Assembly (NCBI GenBank): GCA_000708835.1
Contig: DF236961.1
Location: forward strand, 372,001-436,000
Direction: 5' to 3'
Length of the DNA: 64,000 nucleotides
Source: Klebsormidium nitens
Taxonomy: Eukaryota; Plantae; Klebsormidiophyceae
Shown here: one piece after another, positions 10,040 to 22,813 of the stretch
Position numbering within the stretch: position 1 is the first letter of the stretch
How the letters are laid out: each line of letters opens with the position of its first letter
Notes under the pieces: model-generated
What the model saw: the letters and a program-made list of their open reading frames with translations, nothing else
Told to the model about the DNA's origin: nothing
The model's database searches: none
Position numbers and translations under genes: made by a program

Positions 10040-13000
10040 ATGGCCCCCTCACGCCGAGTTCCGCAGTTGAACATCGCAGGCATTGGGTCGCCAAGAGAAG
10101 CACCCCTTGAGAAATCTGAGGAAACCCTAGTCCCAATCAGGAACCCTATTTCTGATGTGGTCTCTCCTCAGCCTGCCACAGGATCTCACAACGAAAGCCA
10201 TGCATTCTCCTCTGAGCAGCCAGTTGGGGTTGCTGCACAGCATGCGGGCTCGGTTATACATAAGAGCTCGCACGAGTGGAAGCTCCTCTCGCCACGCAGC
10301 CTCGCAGCTCTCCAATTCACGAACGAGTTGGACAACATCCTCTCCAAGACTAACCTCAAGTCGGCGCCAAATTCGCCCCGGCAGGGGGGTGCGAATGGAC
10401 CCGTGGGGAGACCCCATCCGGGCACCATACTGCGCAGCAAGAGCCAAATCATGGGCACGAACGCAGGCAGCGTTCCAACCCTCCTGGTCAACCAAATGCT
10501 TGTTGGGGGTTCCAAAGATAAGGAGAGCCAGTCTGCTGCGCCGAGTCCCAGGTTATCCAAACCGAGTTTCGCGCAGACCCCTCCGCACTCTCCAGGGGGT
10601 TTGTTCATCGAGCAATTGGGAGGGAGTCAATTCCAGCAAGCCAGGTTGGGGGCGCCAGAGATCAGCCGGTTTGGGGCCGAGAGGTGGTTAGGCACTAACC
10701 CTGGTACTGACCAGCCCACTCCAGTCCCGGGGGAGTCAGCCCAGGCGGAGCCGATTATGCGGAACAAGGACATGGTTAAGAGGCTGCAGCTGGAGAAAGG
10801 AAGCGGCGCGCCACGGAAGCGAAGCAGCAACGAGGGGAAGCTGCAAAATAGGCCGCCCGACAGAGCGTCAGGGGTTTGGAGGCTTGAGGATGCTGCCCCT
10901 CAGGAAAGCGCCAGCTTAGACGGCCTGGTGTCAAACTCCCTAGAGCTCGTGAAGAAGGAGAATGGCTTGGGGGCTTTGACACCAGGGAACGGGGTTGCGG
11001 AGGAGAGGAAAGTCAAGCGGGGGCCAATTCGAATCAGGGCGGTTAAGCTGCCAGAACAGAGGATTGTTGAGCAGGCGTCGTTAGGAGAGAGGGGAAAGGG
11101 GAGCCCAAGGGGGGACAGTATTGGGGGGCAGCTCAAACTGGAAATTGCTCCGGTAGAGACCCCCATCGAAGGTGAGGCTCGCCGAGGTGAAGGATTTCGT
11201 ACACAAGCGCGTTTTTTACAAACCCGTAATGTTGAGGTCCGAGGTCACCGCAAAGGTTCTTCCTGAGGCCGTTTCTTGCACGCCCGGGCTGGGATCCATG
11301 TCGGCAGATGCTTTTGAGCAAGAAGCTAGGCGTTTGTTGAGATGCATGCACTTCTGACATTGGCAACTTGACTTTCTGAGTTTGTTCCGCCCTCAAAAAA
11401 CAGCTTCGAAGCTTTTCAGAATTCATCAGCTGAGACAGTCTTCACCCCGATTGAGAAACGATGTCAGGGCTGCGGCAAAATGTTGCATGCCAGTCATGGC
11501 AAAGGTGAAGCGAGCAGATACTGCCGGCATTTCCATCTCTATCCTCATTTATCCGCCTTGACAAACGAAAGGTTACGTTTGGACCTCAAAAATCTATTGT
11601 CGTCCCACCTCGTTCTAGCTTCCCTGGTAGTTTATGTTCGCTCTTACCTGACAGAGCATCACCAATTCATATCGACTTTCTCAACTAATCTTCTCAAGTC
11701 TATGCTCGACCCTTTGCCACACAGTCTAAGCACGACCTTCCCCACTATACCATCTTCGAACAGATCTGCCGTATGTGCCCCTATCATCCTTGCTTCTCGT
11801 CTCACCTTTGCCGCCGTCGATCCCATTTTGCAGCGAAACCGGAGCCCGAGTTTGTGATAACCTGGACGGGGGATCCCCCTCTCTTTCCCCAACCAAACCA
11901 CGGCCGCGCCGCCACTCACGTCCCCCAACCCCTCTCCCTCCTCACCGCTCGCCAAGTGTCCGTCCTCAACCTCCCCGCTGACATCAGCAAGATGTCACCC
12001 AAGCACTCCCCCGGGGGGGGCAGCCCGCGCACGCCGCCAGTCTCCTCCGACCCCCCCCCCGTGCCTGAAAAGCACTTTCCGATGGCGCCCCCCCAGCTCG
12101 GATCGCTCACTCAGCGGCTGTATGAAAAAGATGACGTGCGGTTACTCCCCGGGTTTGGCGCTAACCACTGGGTAGTTTACGACCGGGAAAACCAGGCGGA
12201 CCTCACGCCGTTCCCCACGTGGAAACCCCCCCGGAACGAGCCCCCGAAAAACGCGGAGCGCTCGCCCCGTGGGCCCACCCCCGGGTTCGAAAACGCGGTT
12301 AGCCCCCTAACCGGGGGGAAAACTAAAAGCGCGCTGCAGGTCGGTTTCGAAAACCTGAAAATTGGGGCGGATCTGAAAGGGATCCTTGAGGGTCTCGCGA
12401 GCGACGTGGCGCCTCTTCAGCCCGCCAGCCACAACGCGCTAATCCGCGTGGTTAAGGAGACGGATTCCAGCGCAACTAGCAGCGGGAGGAATACGCCCCG
12501 GGCGGCGGACGTGTTGAGCTTCGAGTCGCGGTTCGAGACTGGGAACTTGCGAAAGGCGACGCTGGTTGAAGATAACGAGTACGATTTGATGTTGCAAACG
12601 GACGTCGGGATGTCGGGTCACACGCAGTGGTTCTACTTCGGCGTGCGGAACATGCGGCCCAAGACGAGGTGAGATATGGATGCGAAATGGCCGTTTGTTT
12701 TGACTGCAGTTCTCTTCATGAGTCTTATGATGCCTTGGGTCGGCGAACAAAAGCACGGAGAGGATTTTGCTTCTTTGTTTAGCCATATCAGCCGCAAAGT
12801 GATCGAGGCAACATCTGCTTTAGAGTCCGAGGATCATCATTGAAACTTCTGAAAAGAATGGTGCTTCCAGACGAGGATTTGAAAAGTGTCCAACGAAGAA
12901 TTGAAGGCTTCTTGTCCGGATTACGGTAAAGATACAATTAACCCGAACCGGCCGGAACATCAAATTGGTGTTGGAACAGCTTTGTAACGAAAGCTGTCTT

Positions 13001-16000
13001 ATCTTACCAGGCTCTCAATATGCTCCTCTCAAGGCTCACAGACAAAGAAAATTAAGAGTCCCGATTAAAGGCAAACCCATTCCCTGCGCAGGTACAAGTT
13101 CAACGTCCTTAACCTGCTCAAACCGAAGAGCCTTTTCCAAGAGGGGATGCGCATTCTCGCATACTCAGAGCGTCTGGCATCGACGATTAAGCAGGGGTGG
13201 TTTCGTACCGGGGACGAGATTGCGTACTTTCCGAACAAGGTTAAGAAGAAAGGGACGGGTTACTACACGCTAACCTTCGTGCTGGACCCGCCGTTTGCGG
13301 ACGACACGCTCTACCTGGCGTACTGCTACCCGTATACGTATACGGATCTGCAAGCGTATCTGAAGGTGAGGATTCGAGAGACTGGTTGATACCGTCTCCT
13401 CTTTGCTGACATGGGATCAGTGCCGGTTCTTGTCGTGATGTTGAAACGCCGTCTGTAAGAAGCATTGGGTCGAGGGAGGCCTCAGCTTTGCTCGCAATCT
13501 TTGACATTGGTACCCAATAGCGGTGCAAGGGCCGCCTGGTGCTTGGAAAATGATCATGTCCACGACGAACTAAAATGTGGAGCTGTTGAGGAATGCGTAG
13601 CTTAAAATCGTTCGTACTTCCCGAACCGGCGCTTCGAAACCATAGTAGCAAATTTATGCTAGTATTCTGAAGCAAGAGCAAAGGAACGGGCCGTCCATGC
13701 TTAACCCGCGATTTTCTGTTTGCGACCGGTCAGATGGGCCTGTTTACTTTTGTGAGCCAGACAAAGTCAGAAGAGAAGAGACCGATCTCGTTAACCTGGA
13801 TCCCATAACTTAACAGTTCGCTTTCGTCAGGTCTTGTGTTCAGAACCCGTCCGGTAGCTTTTCGTCGATACATCAACAGACGTTATGCTACCTGTATTCA
13901 AACAAGAGCAGAGGGACAGGATCTATGGATCAGAAAGCAAATCTCTCGACTTAAATTCTGAGAGCCAAGCAACCCTCTCCCGGCAGGCTTTGTGTTCCGA
14001 TCCTGTCCGGTCGCCCTTCGTCGAACGGGAGCTCCTCTGTCGGACGCTGTCCGGAAACCGGTGCGATCTGCTGACCATCACCTCGCGTGGCGGGCAGGAA
14101 AAGGTGAGCCAATAGGTAGCCCCGAAACAAAATATAGATCGTCCGTTAAAATAGAGTCACCCACAAGCGGTGCCGAGAAGTATCACTGTGCTCCTGCATC
14201 TTGCCTGAGCTTGCTTTTATCGATTTCCAGAAACTGCCTTTGGCTTCTTCGGACATTGGCCACCAGTCTCAGTCTCAAACGATACCTCTTGGATTATCTG
14301 AGCGTCGATCGCGCGTTTGCGAATTCCCGTCGGGTCAGAATGCTCAAGCGAGCGAAATTCGTGAAGCCTGGAGGAGTCGGCATTGAAATCCTGTCATATT
14401 CGGACGGCAAAGTTGGCGTGCCGCTTTTGTCCGCACGAAAAACTGATTGCCCGTTGCGCGCAAGCAGAATGTTCGACTTTGGACCGTCGTGGCAGCTGCA
14501 GGAAAAAGAAGCGCGTATAAAGCAAACCCGGTGTCTCCGTCTAACAAGCCCAGTGTGCTCAGACGCTTCCCACTTTATGTACTGATATCGGGTACTTTAT
14601 TCAGTCACTAGTTGTTAGCATAGTAGCCTACTATGCTTTTGAATTGCAGGGCCAGCTCAAAAAGCGCGCTCACAGCACATCCGGTGTGTCCATGAGACCA
14701 AGCCCAGTGGGCTCAGACGGTTTCCAGTTCTGGTAATCACTGATTTAATCACTCATGTCTCCCTTGTCTCCTTTGTTTGACCGTCTACTTTGCACTTGTG
14801 GTTGCAGGGCAAGCCCAAGAAGCGCGCGGTGGTCCTGTCCGCGCGCGTGCACCCGGGGGAGAGCAACGCGAGCTGGATGATGAAGGGCGCGCTCGACTTT
14901 CTCACCAGTGCGCGGCCCGAGGCGGAGAAACTGCGCGAGACCACGATATTCAAGGTGAGACGATCGTGACAATTCTAAGATAGCCTCAACAGTCTTGGTC
15001 TGCAAACTCGCTTTCGACCTTCTCCTTGGGTTAACTCCAGGCGCAGTCAGCCGAGCTGCAGCTTTTCCAGGGTTTGATCTGGTCTTCGGTCAGAAAGATT
15101 GTTCCTAGAAAAGTTTGAAGTGGATCACGTCAAAGCTGTATTCAGAAACATGCGTTCCGAGGTTGCACTCGACGGCGAGGTATCGGAAAAGTGCTGGTGG
15201 CTCTCCATTGAGTCCAGATGCTCGGATGCCAAACCCTGCAGGTGCAATCTTCGTTTTATCGCCGATTTGCGCAGGAGGTTTTTGGAACAATGACAAGCCG
15301 TAAGGCCCCATTCTGGTGCGGCTCTGATCAACATTCCGCCTACTCCGTTCCGTTCCGCCCAGATCGTTCCAATGCTGAACCCCGACGGCGTGATCAACGG
15401 CAACCACCGGTGCTCGCTCAAGCCACTAGTCTTTTCGAATCGCGTGATGAATCGATGCGGCTTGCTTTCCGACATACTCAAAATTCCGCTCATGCGTTCC
15501 CGTTGCGTTCCGTTCAGATCATTCCGATGCTGAACCCCGACGGCGTGATCAACGGCAATCACCGGTGCTCGCTCGCGCAAGTGGACCTGAACCGTCTTTA
15601 CACCAGCCCGCTCCAAGAGCGCCACCCCACGGTGTGGCACATCAAGGAGATGGTGAAAAGGCTCCAGCAGGAGAGGGAGGTCATAGCGTATGTGGACCTG
15701 CACGGGCACTCAGCCAAGAAGAACGTGAGCCATCCGCTTATTGTCTTGTACCCTTTTGTTAACTTAGAAGCTAAGCCCTTCTGTTTTCTGTGCCACTACT
15801 TCAAGCCACATCGTTGGGCCGCTGCTTCTGGCACCTGATGCTGCTTCTGGCACCTGATGCTGCTTCTTCTTATCGATTTGCGCATTTTGTCTCCGTGTCT
15901 CCGCAAACCCAGCTCTTCTTCGATGCATGCCTTTTGGTAATTCTTGGGCCACCGTCTGCGCGGACACCTTTAGACCCTGTGGTTTTTTGATGTCAAAGGC

Positions 16001-17861
16001 CCTCGTGTGTAGATGCACTCTAACTGTGAATACCTAGACGAACGAGGTACTCTTCTCCTTCCCAAGATCGGCCCATCATTCCGTAAAAGCGCCTTTCAAT
16101 CTAAGAAGCTCTATAACCCCATTAATCCTCTGTGTGTCGTTCAATTTGCTTAGAAGTGTTTCTTCACGTGGAATATTCCAAAATTGGATACCCTAAAACC
16201 CTCAGTGGTCACTCCCCGACGCCTCGTCACCTTACTCCAATCCCTTCTGCAGATCTTCATGTACGGCTGCGAGAACAAGCACGCCCCCGCGGCCGCACCC
16301 GACGCCACCCCCGCGCCGCCGAGCTACGCGGCCGCGGCCGCGACCCGCCTCGCGGAGCGCGTCTTCCCATACCTAGTTTCCAAGGCGGCTCCGGACGCGT
16401 TCTCGTTTCCGGACTGCAATTTCCGCGTCCAAAAGTCCAAAGAGTCGACGGCGCGCGTCGTGGGCTGGCGCGAGTTTGGGCTGCTCAACTGCCTGACGCT
16501 CGAGGCGTCGTTTGCGGGGCCGTCGATCGGGCGCGTAGCAAACCACGTGAGTGCGACGCTAGTAGATTCACCATTTCCTTTCTGTGTTCGTCTGTTTCCT
16601 TCTAGTTTCATAGTGTTTCATTTCGAGTGCCTCGTTACTACTTGGGCTGCTCAACTGTCTGACGCTCGAGGCGTCGTTTGCGGGGCCGTCGATCGGGCGC
16701 GAAGCGAATCACGTAAGTGCACCCTTTTTAAACTTTGCTTCCGCTTTCTCTTGTTCTCATGACACCCTTTATCTTTTTCTATGGTGTATTGAGCCGCGCC
16801 TTCACCATTTTTGCGCTCACTCCTCTGGTGACTAGAATCTCGCTTTCCTTCGGGGGCAGTCCATCCTATTGCAGTCATCGCAAAATACCGGATTGACAAG
16901 CATGTTCAACATCGCATGGTCGCCAGGGCAACGACGTTCTCGCTGCGTCCGTGAAGCTGACACACAGTCCCTAAGAGAAAGTCGGAATCGGATCCATTAA
17001 TTTGGTATAGGGATTCCGTCCTTCTTCCCACTTAGAACCGCACACTTTCAGTCCCACTCACACAAGGTCGATACTTTCTCGCAGCACTTTACCATGGCCG
17101 ATCTGATGGACATGGGCGCCTCGCTCTGCCGCGCGCTCCTCGAATACTGCACGGTCGCCGAAACGCCTTCCCCCGAGCGGTCTCTCCCAGACATCCTCAA
17201 AGAGGTGGAGGCCGCCCAACCGGGCACTTCTCAGGGCGACCCAAACGGCTCCGACGAAGACTCCGAAGCCGGGAGCAGCGCGAGCGACGACGTTCCGCAC
17301 GATTTGCGTCAGGGAAAGGGCGGCCTCGCGTGGGCGCTCGGCGGCCGCAAGAGCGCCAAAACCCCGGGGGTTCCGGCGGGCGACGGTGCGGCCGCGGCTG
17401 CGGCCGCGCGCGCGCCCGCGAAGCGGAAGAAGCGGCGGAAGAAGGCGCGGAAGGTGGACCTCGAGGAGATGGCACGCAAGATGGGGACGGCGAAAGTGCA
17501 CAGCGAGATGGCCGCGAGCGTGTCGGCGATGCTCCAGGCGAAGGGCGGCCGCGGGGTGGTTTGCGAAACCCCGCATAAACCCGGGCGCTCGTCGTGGGCG
17601 CGGCCGTGGCCCGACGTCGCGCGGTTGTTGGGCGGCGAGGGGTTTGGGGTTTTAGACAAAGGGGCGTCGTTCCGGCGGCTTCCGGTGGAAGCCCCGATTG
17701 TGGACCTAGGAGTTGAGGGGTCGGTGATCAAACGGGCACCCCGGAGAACTAGCAAGGGCAACATCCCGTTGCCCCGGTTGGAAAAGGGGACGTCGTTTAA
17801 ACTGGCCCCCATGCGGGAGCCCCCGCCCGACCTAGACTTGTCGTGGCTGCCGCCGCTTTGA
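10040..17861 (+). CDS. Cytosolic carboxypeptidase (M14D, AGBL/CCP tubulin deglutamylase family), about 1260 aa
   Basis: Exons 10040-11171, 11834-12668, 13092-13365, 13987-14103, 14808-14954, 15518-15724, 16253-16546 and 17085-17861 join in frame (3783 nt). Motifs: [28 protein letters not shown] (Zn HxxE), [23 protein letters not shown] and TLEAS. Confidence 0.93.
15330..15420 (+). repeat. Decoy acceptor plus exon start copy in a CCP intron
   Basis: ag|atcgttccaatgctgaaccccgacggcgtgatcaacggcaaccaccggtgctcgctc at 15363 duplicates the real exon start at 15518. Confidence 0.9.
16642..16718 (+). repeat. Decoy exon end plus donor copy in a CCP intron
   Basis: tgggctgctcaactgtctgacgctcgaggcgtcgtttgcggggccgtcgatcgggcgc...cac|gtaagt duplicates 16478-16552; the decoy GT is at 16713. 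Confidence 0.9.
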
Positions 17862-20800
17862 GTTGGAAGAATCGCGTTTTACCTCGTAGGTGAAGGACGC
17901 TCGCATGCCATTTGTGTTGGTTCTTGGCTTGCCGGTCGTTTGTGATTCTTGGGCACTGCTTGGAGCAAGCAAAATAAGGACGTACGAGCAAGGACCAAGA
18001 AAGTGTCGCCTGCTTCCACTGTCCACTGACTGAGAGCTCGAGAATTCTTTACTAATCGTTGCGGTCATGGCAATTCTTTCGGCAACTATGACGACATTTT
18101 CAGTTCGTTGCAACAGACAAGGCTCAAGCACAGATTTGCGCCTAATCTGGCTTTGGTGTCTCTAAGCAGGCTCGTGATTAAAAGGAGTTGACATCGTGGC
18201 CTAGTGGTTCGTCCGGCATACCTGAGTGATTCCCATGAAGGTGTATCGTCTACTTCGATTATGTTTGGAAAAATCTTCGATCAGAACATTGCATGCAGAT
18301 CATTGGATCCTGCAGTACAAGAAAGGCGTTACACAGCGATTGCCGCAAACGGAAGTGCTATTCAGCAATGTTAGTAATACAAGCGCGATAGTAACGAATT
18401 GCATCATTGATATCCGATTGATATCAATGATGCAATTCTTATCATCGATGCAGCATCTCGAGCCGCTTATAAAGCATTCCTGGCCAGGTGGCAATTGCAT
18501 GTACTGGCAGGCCCCGTGCCTGTCCACTTCGCGAATGTATGTGACGCCTCCGCATTTTTTGCTATTGGACTGGTCAGACTATTGTCACCAAGAATTCGCT
18601 ATACACTGATTGGCGTACCGCTGTCTATACTGGCAACTCACTTGTTTCTTCAGGGGCTTGTCTTCTAAGATTCACAAGCCCTAGGCACCGCAACAAAAAA
18701 CGTGACCCAAAAGCTCGTGCGCTTCGCAGCCTACTACCCATGCACCCTAACCACTAAACCAACCCTACCCGGCCCCCGGCCTGTAACCTAAGGAGACAAG
18801 CCCTTACCAGACAAAGAATTGTAGCCAAGTCCGCAGATTGAATATATAGCGGTTGGTGGACAAGGCTGCCTATCGGTGTCACCACGTGCACCGCCGATAT
18901 TGGTAATTTTTACAGCTGGGACGGCAATAATCGCTCCTTCTGAAGCTCATGGTACTACAAGAACAGTAAAATATGTGTCCGGTCAGTCTAAGCTGACTTC
19001 ATCAGCTGAGAACGGACGGCTCTGACAGTAGGTCGCAATGAACAGTCTCATCCATCATCTGGCGACGAGCCTTTGGACGTTTTCAACAAAATTTTGTTCT
19101 TGGGTAACTTCAACGATACTTCTGATGGGGACTCGCTCTTGTAGAACAAGTTTGAGAAGCCGCGACGCTTTAGATCTGAACCTCTCTCAGCCCCACTTGC
19201 AACAATTTTCTGTTCGGTGGCACCAGCGATGGTCCCAGGATTGCAACAATTCTTTTGTATCAATTTACGTGACTCCTCACCTCTAACCGACCTCCATATC
19301 TTTGCAGAATCGTTCAGAGGGCGTTCAAGGGCGCATCCGACCAGCCGACTCCTGCGGCTGCACTCCCCTCTGCACGGCGTCTATAGTCTTATCCTTTTCT
19401 ATCCAAGTAAGTAATAGCAATCCCAGCTGAACATGGACTGAGATCTGTTGTCGAGTCCTCCAAGCAATAATGCTAAGGTCATCGCGCTGCCAAGGCAGAC
19501 TCAAAAACTTAAAGTGGACGGAGCTGTCTCCTACAACAACGCTCTGCACTAAAAGTACTGGTGGATAAGGTTTATAAACTCGAGTTCTCAGCTGGTTGTT
19601 AGACCACTCCTCGATCCGGGAGTTTGTCTCCCCGAGATCTGCTGCTAGCGCGTCGATCTTTGACTTATCCAATCTTTATACACGTCGTCTGAATTACTGT
19701 CCCGAAAAACTGCCTGAAAGAAATCTACTGTGTTTGGCTAAAATTGCTTCTGACTGCTATTGTGGCATATGGAAGTAGACTCTCGTTCACAACCTGCGGC
19801 ATGATAGATATCTCGTAAGGGTGCCGATCACAACTCAAATGCTCCGCTGTTGCTGCAGCCATGGCGATTGCAGTGATTGTACTGAATGAATCTTGTATGT
19901 GTACACATGATTGACGCAAACATGAACGCGCAGAAGATGATCGACCAGTCGCATCGATCCCCATCCAAGTTCAAGCTCGCATGGCAAATTGATGCGCATG
20001 CTTGGCTGACGTACTATGTCAAGCGGTAGAACCAATGCTTCGAGGCGGCTCACCTTCAACTGGACTTATTGGAGCGATAACAGCCGCTGCAAGTTCATCT
20101 TGTCTTTGACGGTATTGCAATTGGACCGGCCACCCCCCTCTCACTTCTGTGTCCTCGCGTTCTTTCGCGTCCTGTCTAACCGTTCCATCAGCTCTATCTG
20201 CGAGAAAGGTACGCCATGATGGGTATATTTGGACGGCTGTCTGCTTGCCGAGCGGAAGCGCTCATTTGATGGCGTCCAAAGCAGGAGTTAATATACAAAC
20301 TTATTTCGACGAAGTTACTTCAACCCTCGGGAAAAAAACCGCTGCTCTTCAATTACCTCTTCCGTCGTATACCTTATTCATACAAAGCGCTGTCTTCGCG
20401 GGCGTCTTATTTGGACAGATATGCTTCTGTCTTGTACGACCTCTATTTGGCTGGACCAGTGTTTGTGTTCTTTCTGTCTGTTGGGCGTCGGAAATGTAAT
20501 TACTGCCATGCTTTCCCCGAACGACGAACGTGAGGACTCTGCAAGACTGGTTGGAAACAAAAGCAGTAATCGAATTTATATTCCGCGTAGTCTCACTTCC
20601 TAAACCTCTTCCAAGAAGTCCCAAAGCGGATGCGTACCCTTTTTCCAAGATGAAGCGCTGAAATTAGACAGAGTCCGATTCAGATCCCCCCATTCCAGGC
20701 CTTACCCTGCATATTTCCGGGCGTCCAAGTTGGAGGCTTACGAGTGCCTCGACGGCAACTACTAGGTAGCTCAAGGAGCCGGACCTCCCCGCTGCCACCG

Positions 20801-22813
20801 CCAAGGCAGCAATCAGGCGGCTCAACATTGCCCCAAGGACCGCGCTCTTCCAAGAGAAGCTGGCCGAGAACACGCAGCAAGTGCGGCGATGCGTGGACAG
20901 CTCAGGTAAGGGGTCCCTCACATGTGCGGTACGAGATCGAAAAGGGTAACACGTTTACCTTCTAACGCACAGGAAGTGAAAGGGTGTGCTTCGGAGATCA
21001 ACCAGCGGCCGGGGACCATGCTAGTTATACTTTGTACCTATACTAAGCCGCCCTCCAAGTGTTAGAAAGCAAGGGCTGAGCGAGGGTGAATGCCCATCTG
21101 CGGATCTGAATCCTTCATTTTGATCAAGACGTGAGGTGCTTACGTTGGTGTGGCTCTGCGTGATTACGCCATGTGGAATTCAGAGGGCGTTCTGTCCCGT
21201 AACAGCCTGGTAGAAAATGATGAAATCTTTTCTAGATACAGAAAGCTGGCTCGCTATGAGTGCACCAGTCTGTCATTTCGTTTCGTACACGAAAGTTTGT
21301 CACAGCCTGTCTGCCTTTGGCGGTGGAGTTAGTTAAGTTGTCGACTTTGATCATCCGGGATCTGCCTCAGCAGCTCTGCCTACTCAATCTGTTACTTCGA
21401 TGCGGATAACCGATGGAACTCACGACAGTTGCTGATAAGTTGGCCCTTTTGGTGGAGCGGTCCTGCTCAAGGGAGAAGGCCTGGGTTGAGGCTGCTGTAA
21501 AGATGGCGACGAGAAACAGAACCCGATCAACATCGCATCCGCAAACAACTTTACGCATTTTTCTACAGGCTAAGTAGTGCGGGCGTATGAGGACCGTTGA
21601 CCTAGGTTCCGTCCAGCATGTGTTGACAACTTTGTGTGGATCCAGCTGAGTCGAGTACAGTTGGAAATCGACTTACAAACAAGTTCCCGTATGGATGTGA
21701 GTGGCAAGCAACGAGCGGCAAGCAAGCAGCCCATCTCAAAAAAAATGAGCACCCGTATATATTCGAATATGCAGCCAGAAAGTCTCGGGGGACGCTTGTG
21801 CCCGTGACTCCTTGAATCTGTTTTATGTCCCTAGATTGGTTGCGTGCAATGACGCGATCTTATCCTTACCGGTTACTGGTTACCCAATGGCGCACACACC
21901 CGTGCGCAAGTATTCTGAGCGGTGTGACTGCGCAGTCGTGCCAAAGCTAGGTTTGTGTTCTTGGGTATAAGGCGTTCAAGGACGTGCACTGCAAGATCAT
22001 ATTGCATGGCCGTCATGCCCCATCGGACATCATACCAGGATACGATCGGTGTCTAACCGTCCGACTAGACCGTCAGAAGGATTCGTACTGATCACGGTGC
22101 AGTGCACATGCCTGATTACCTTAGCCAGTTGATTGGGTCAAACTTAAATTAGACTTGGGAAAAGGGCGGCTGCCGAGAGCAGCCTATCATTGCGGCCGGC
22201 CCGGGCCCCAGCCGCGCCACAGATGACGCGTATCGATTGGCGGCTATAAGCCACTGAGGCATGGGCCGCGCCAACCAGCTGCATGCAACCATTTGGGGTG
22301 GCGGCAGAATCGGACATGTGCGTATGTTGATTTCAACCGCTGTATGCACCGCACACACACATGTGTGTTAAGTTGCCCGATCTGACAGAACAGATTCCCT
22401 CGACCTACACCTGTAGATATTTACGCCTCAGTACAATCGCGGCTCAATCTGCTGAGTCACTCACTGCATGCAAGTCAAATCAACATTTCAACATCACATG
22501 AACTCAAAGATGCAATTTTATAGTCTGGCCATATGCGGCGTAAGGTACCAACTGTTGAATGGCCATGCCGGCACCGTCGCTTTAAACATACCTTAGGTAT
22601 GATCTAACACATGTGACATGAAGTGTTCACGTCTTCCAATCGCAATTAGAAGCAACTTTCGGACTCAGGTTGTGTCGGATGGGCATTAGTATATGCATGT
22701 CATTCGCCAGGTCACTTTGACACATGTCTGCAGCGTAAGCACGACTTTGTCGGTTGTGGCAATCCGATGCAGATTGGTACTTGGGGAACTCGTATCTCAG
22801 TAACAGTAAGATA

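Noticed and set aside
15826-15868. 19-bp tandem duplication gctgcttctggcacctgat in a CCP intron
   Set aside because: An ordinary short slippage repeat, not tied to a junction.
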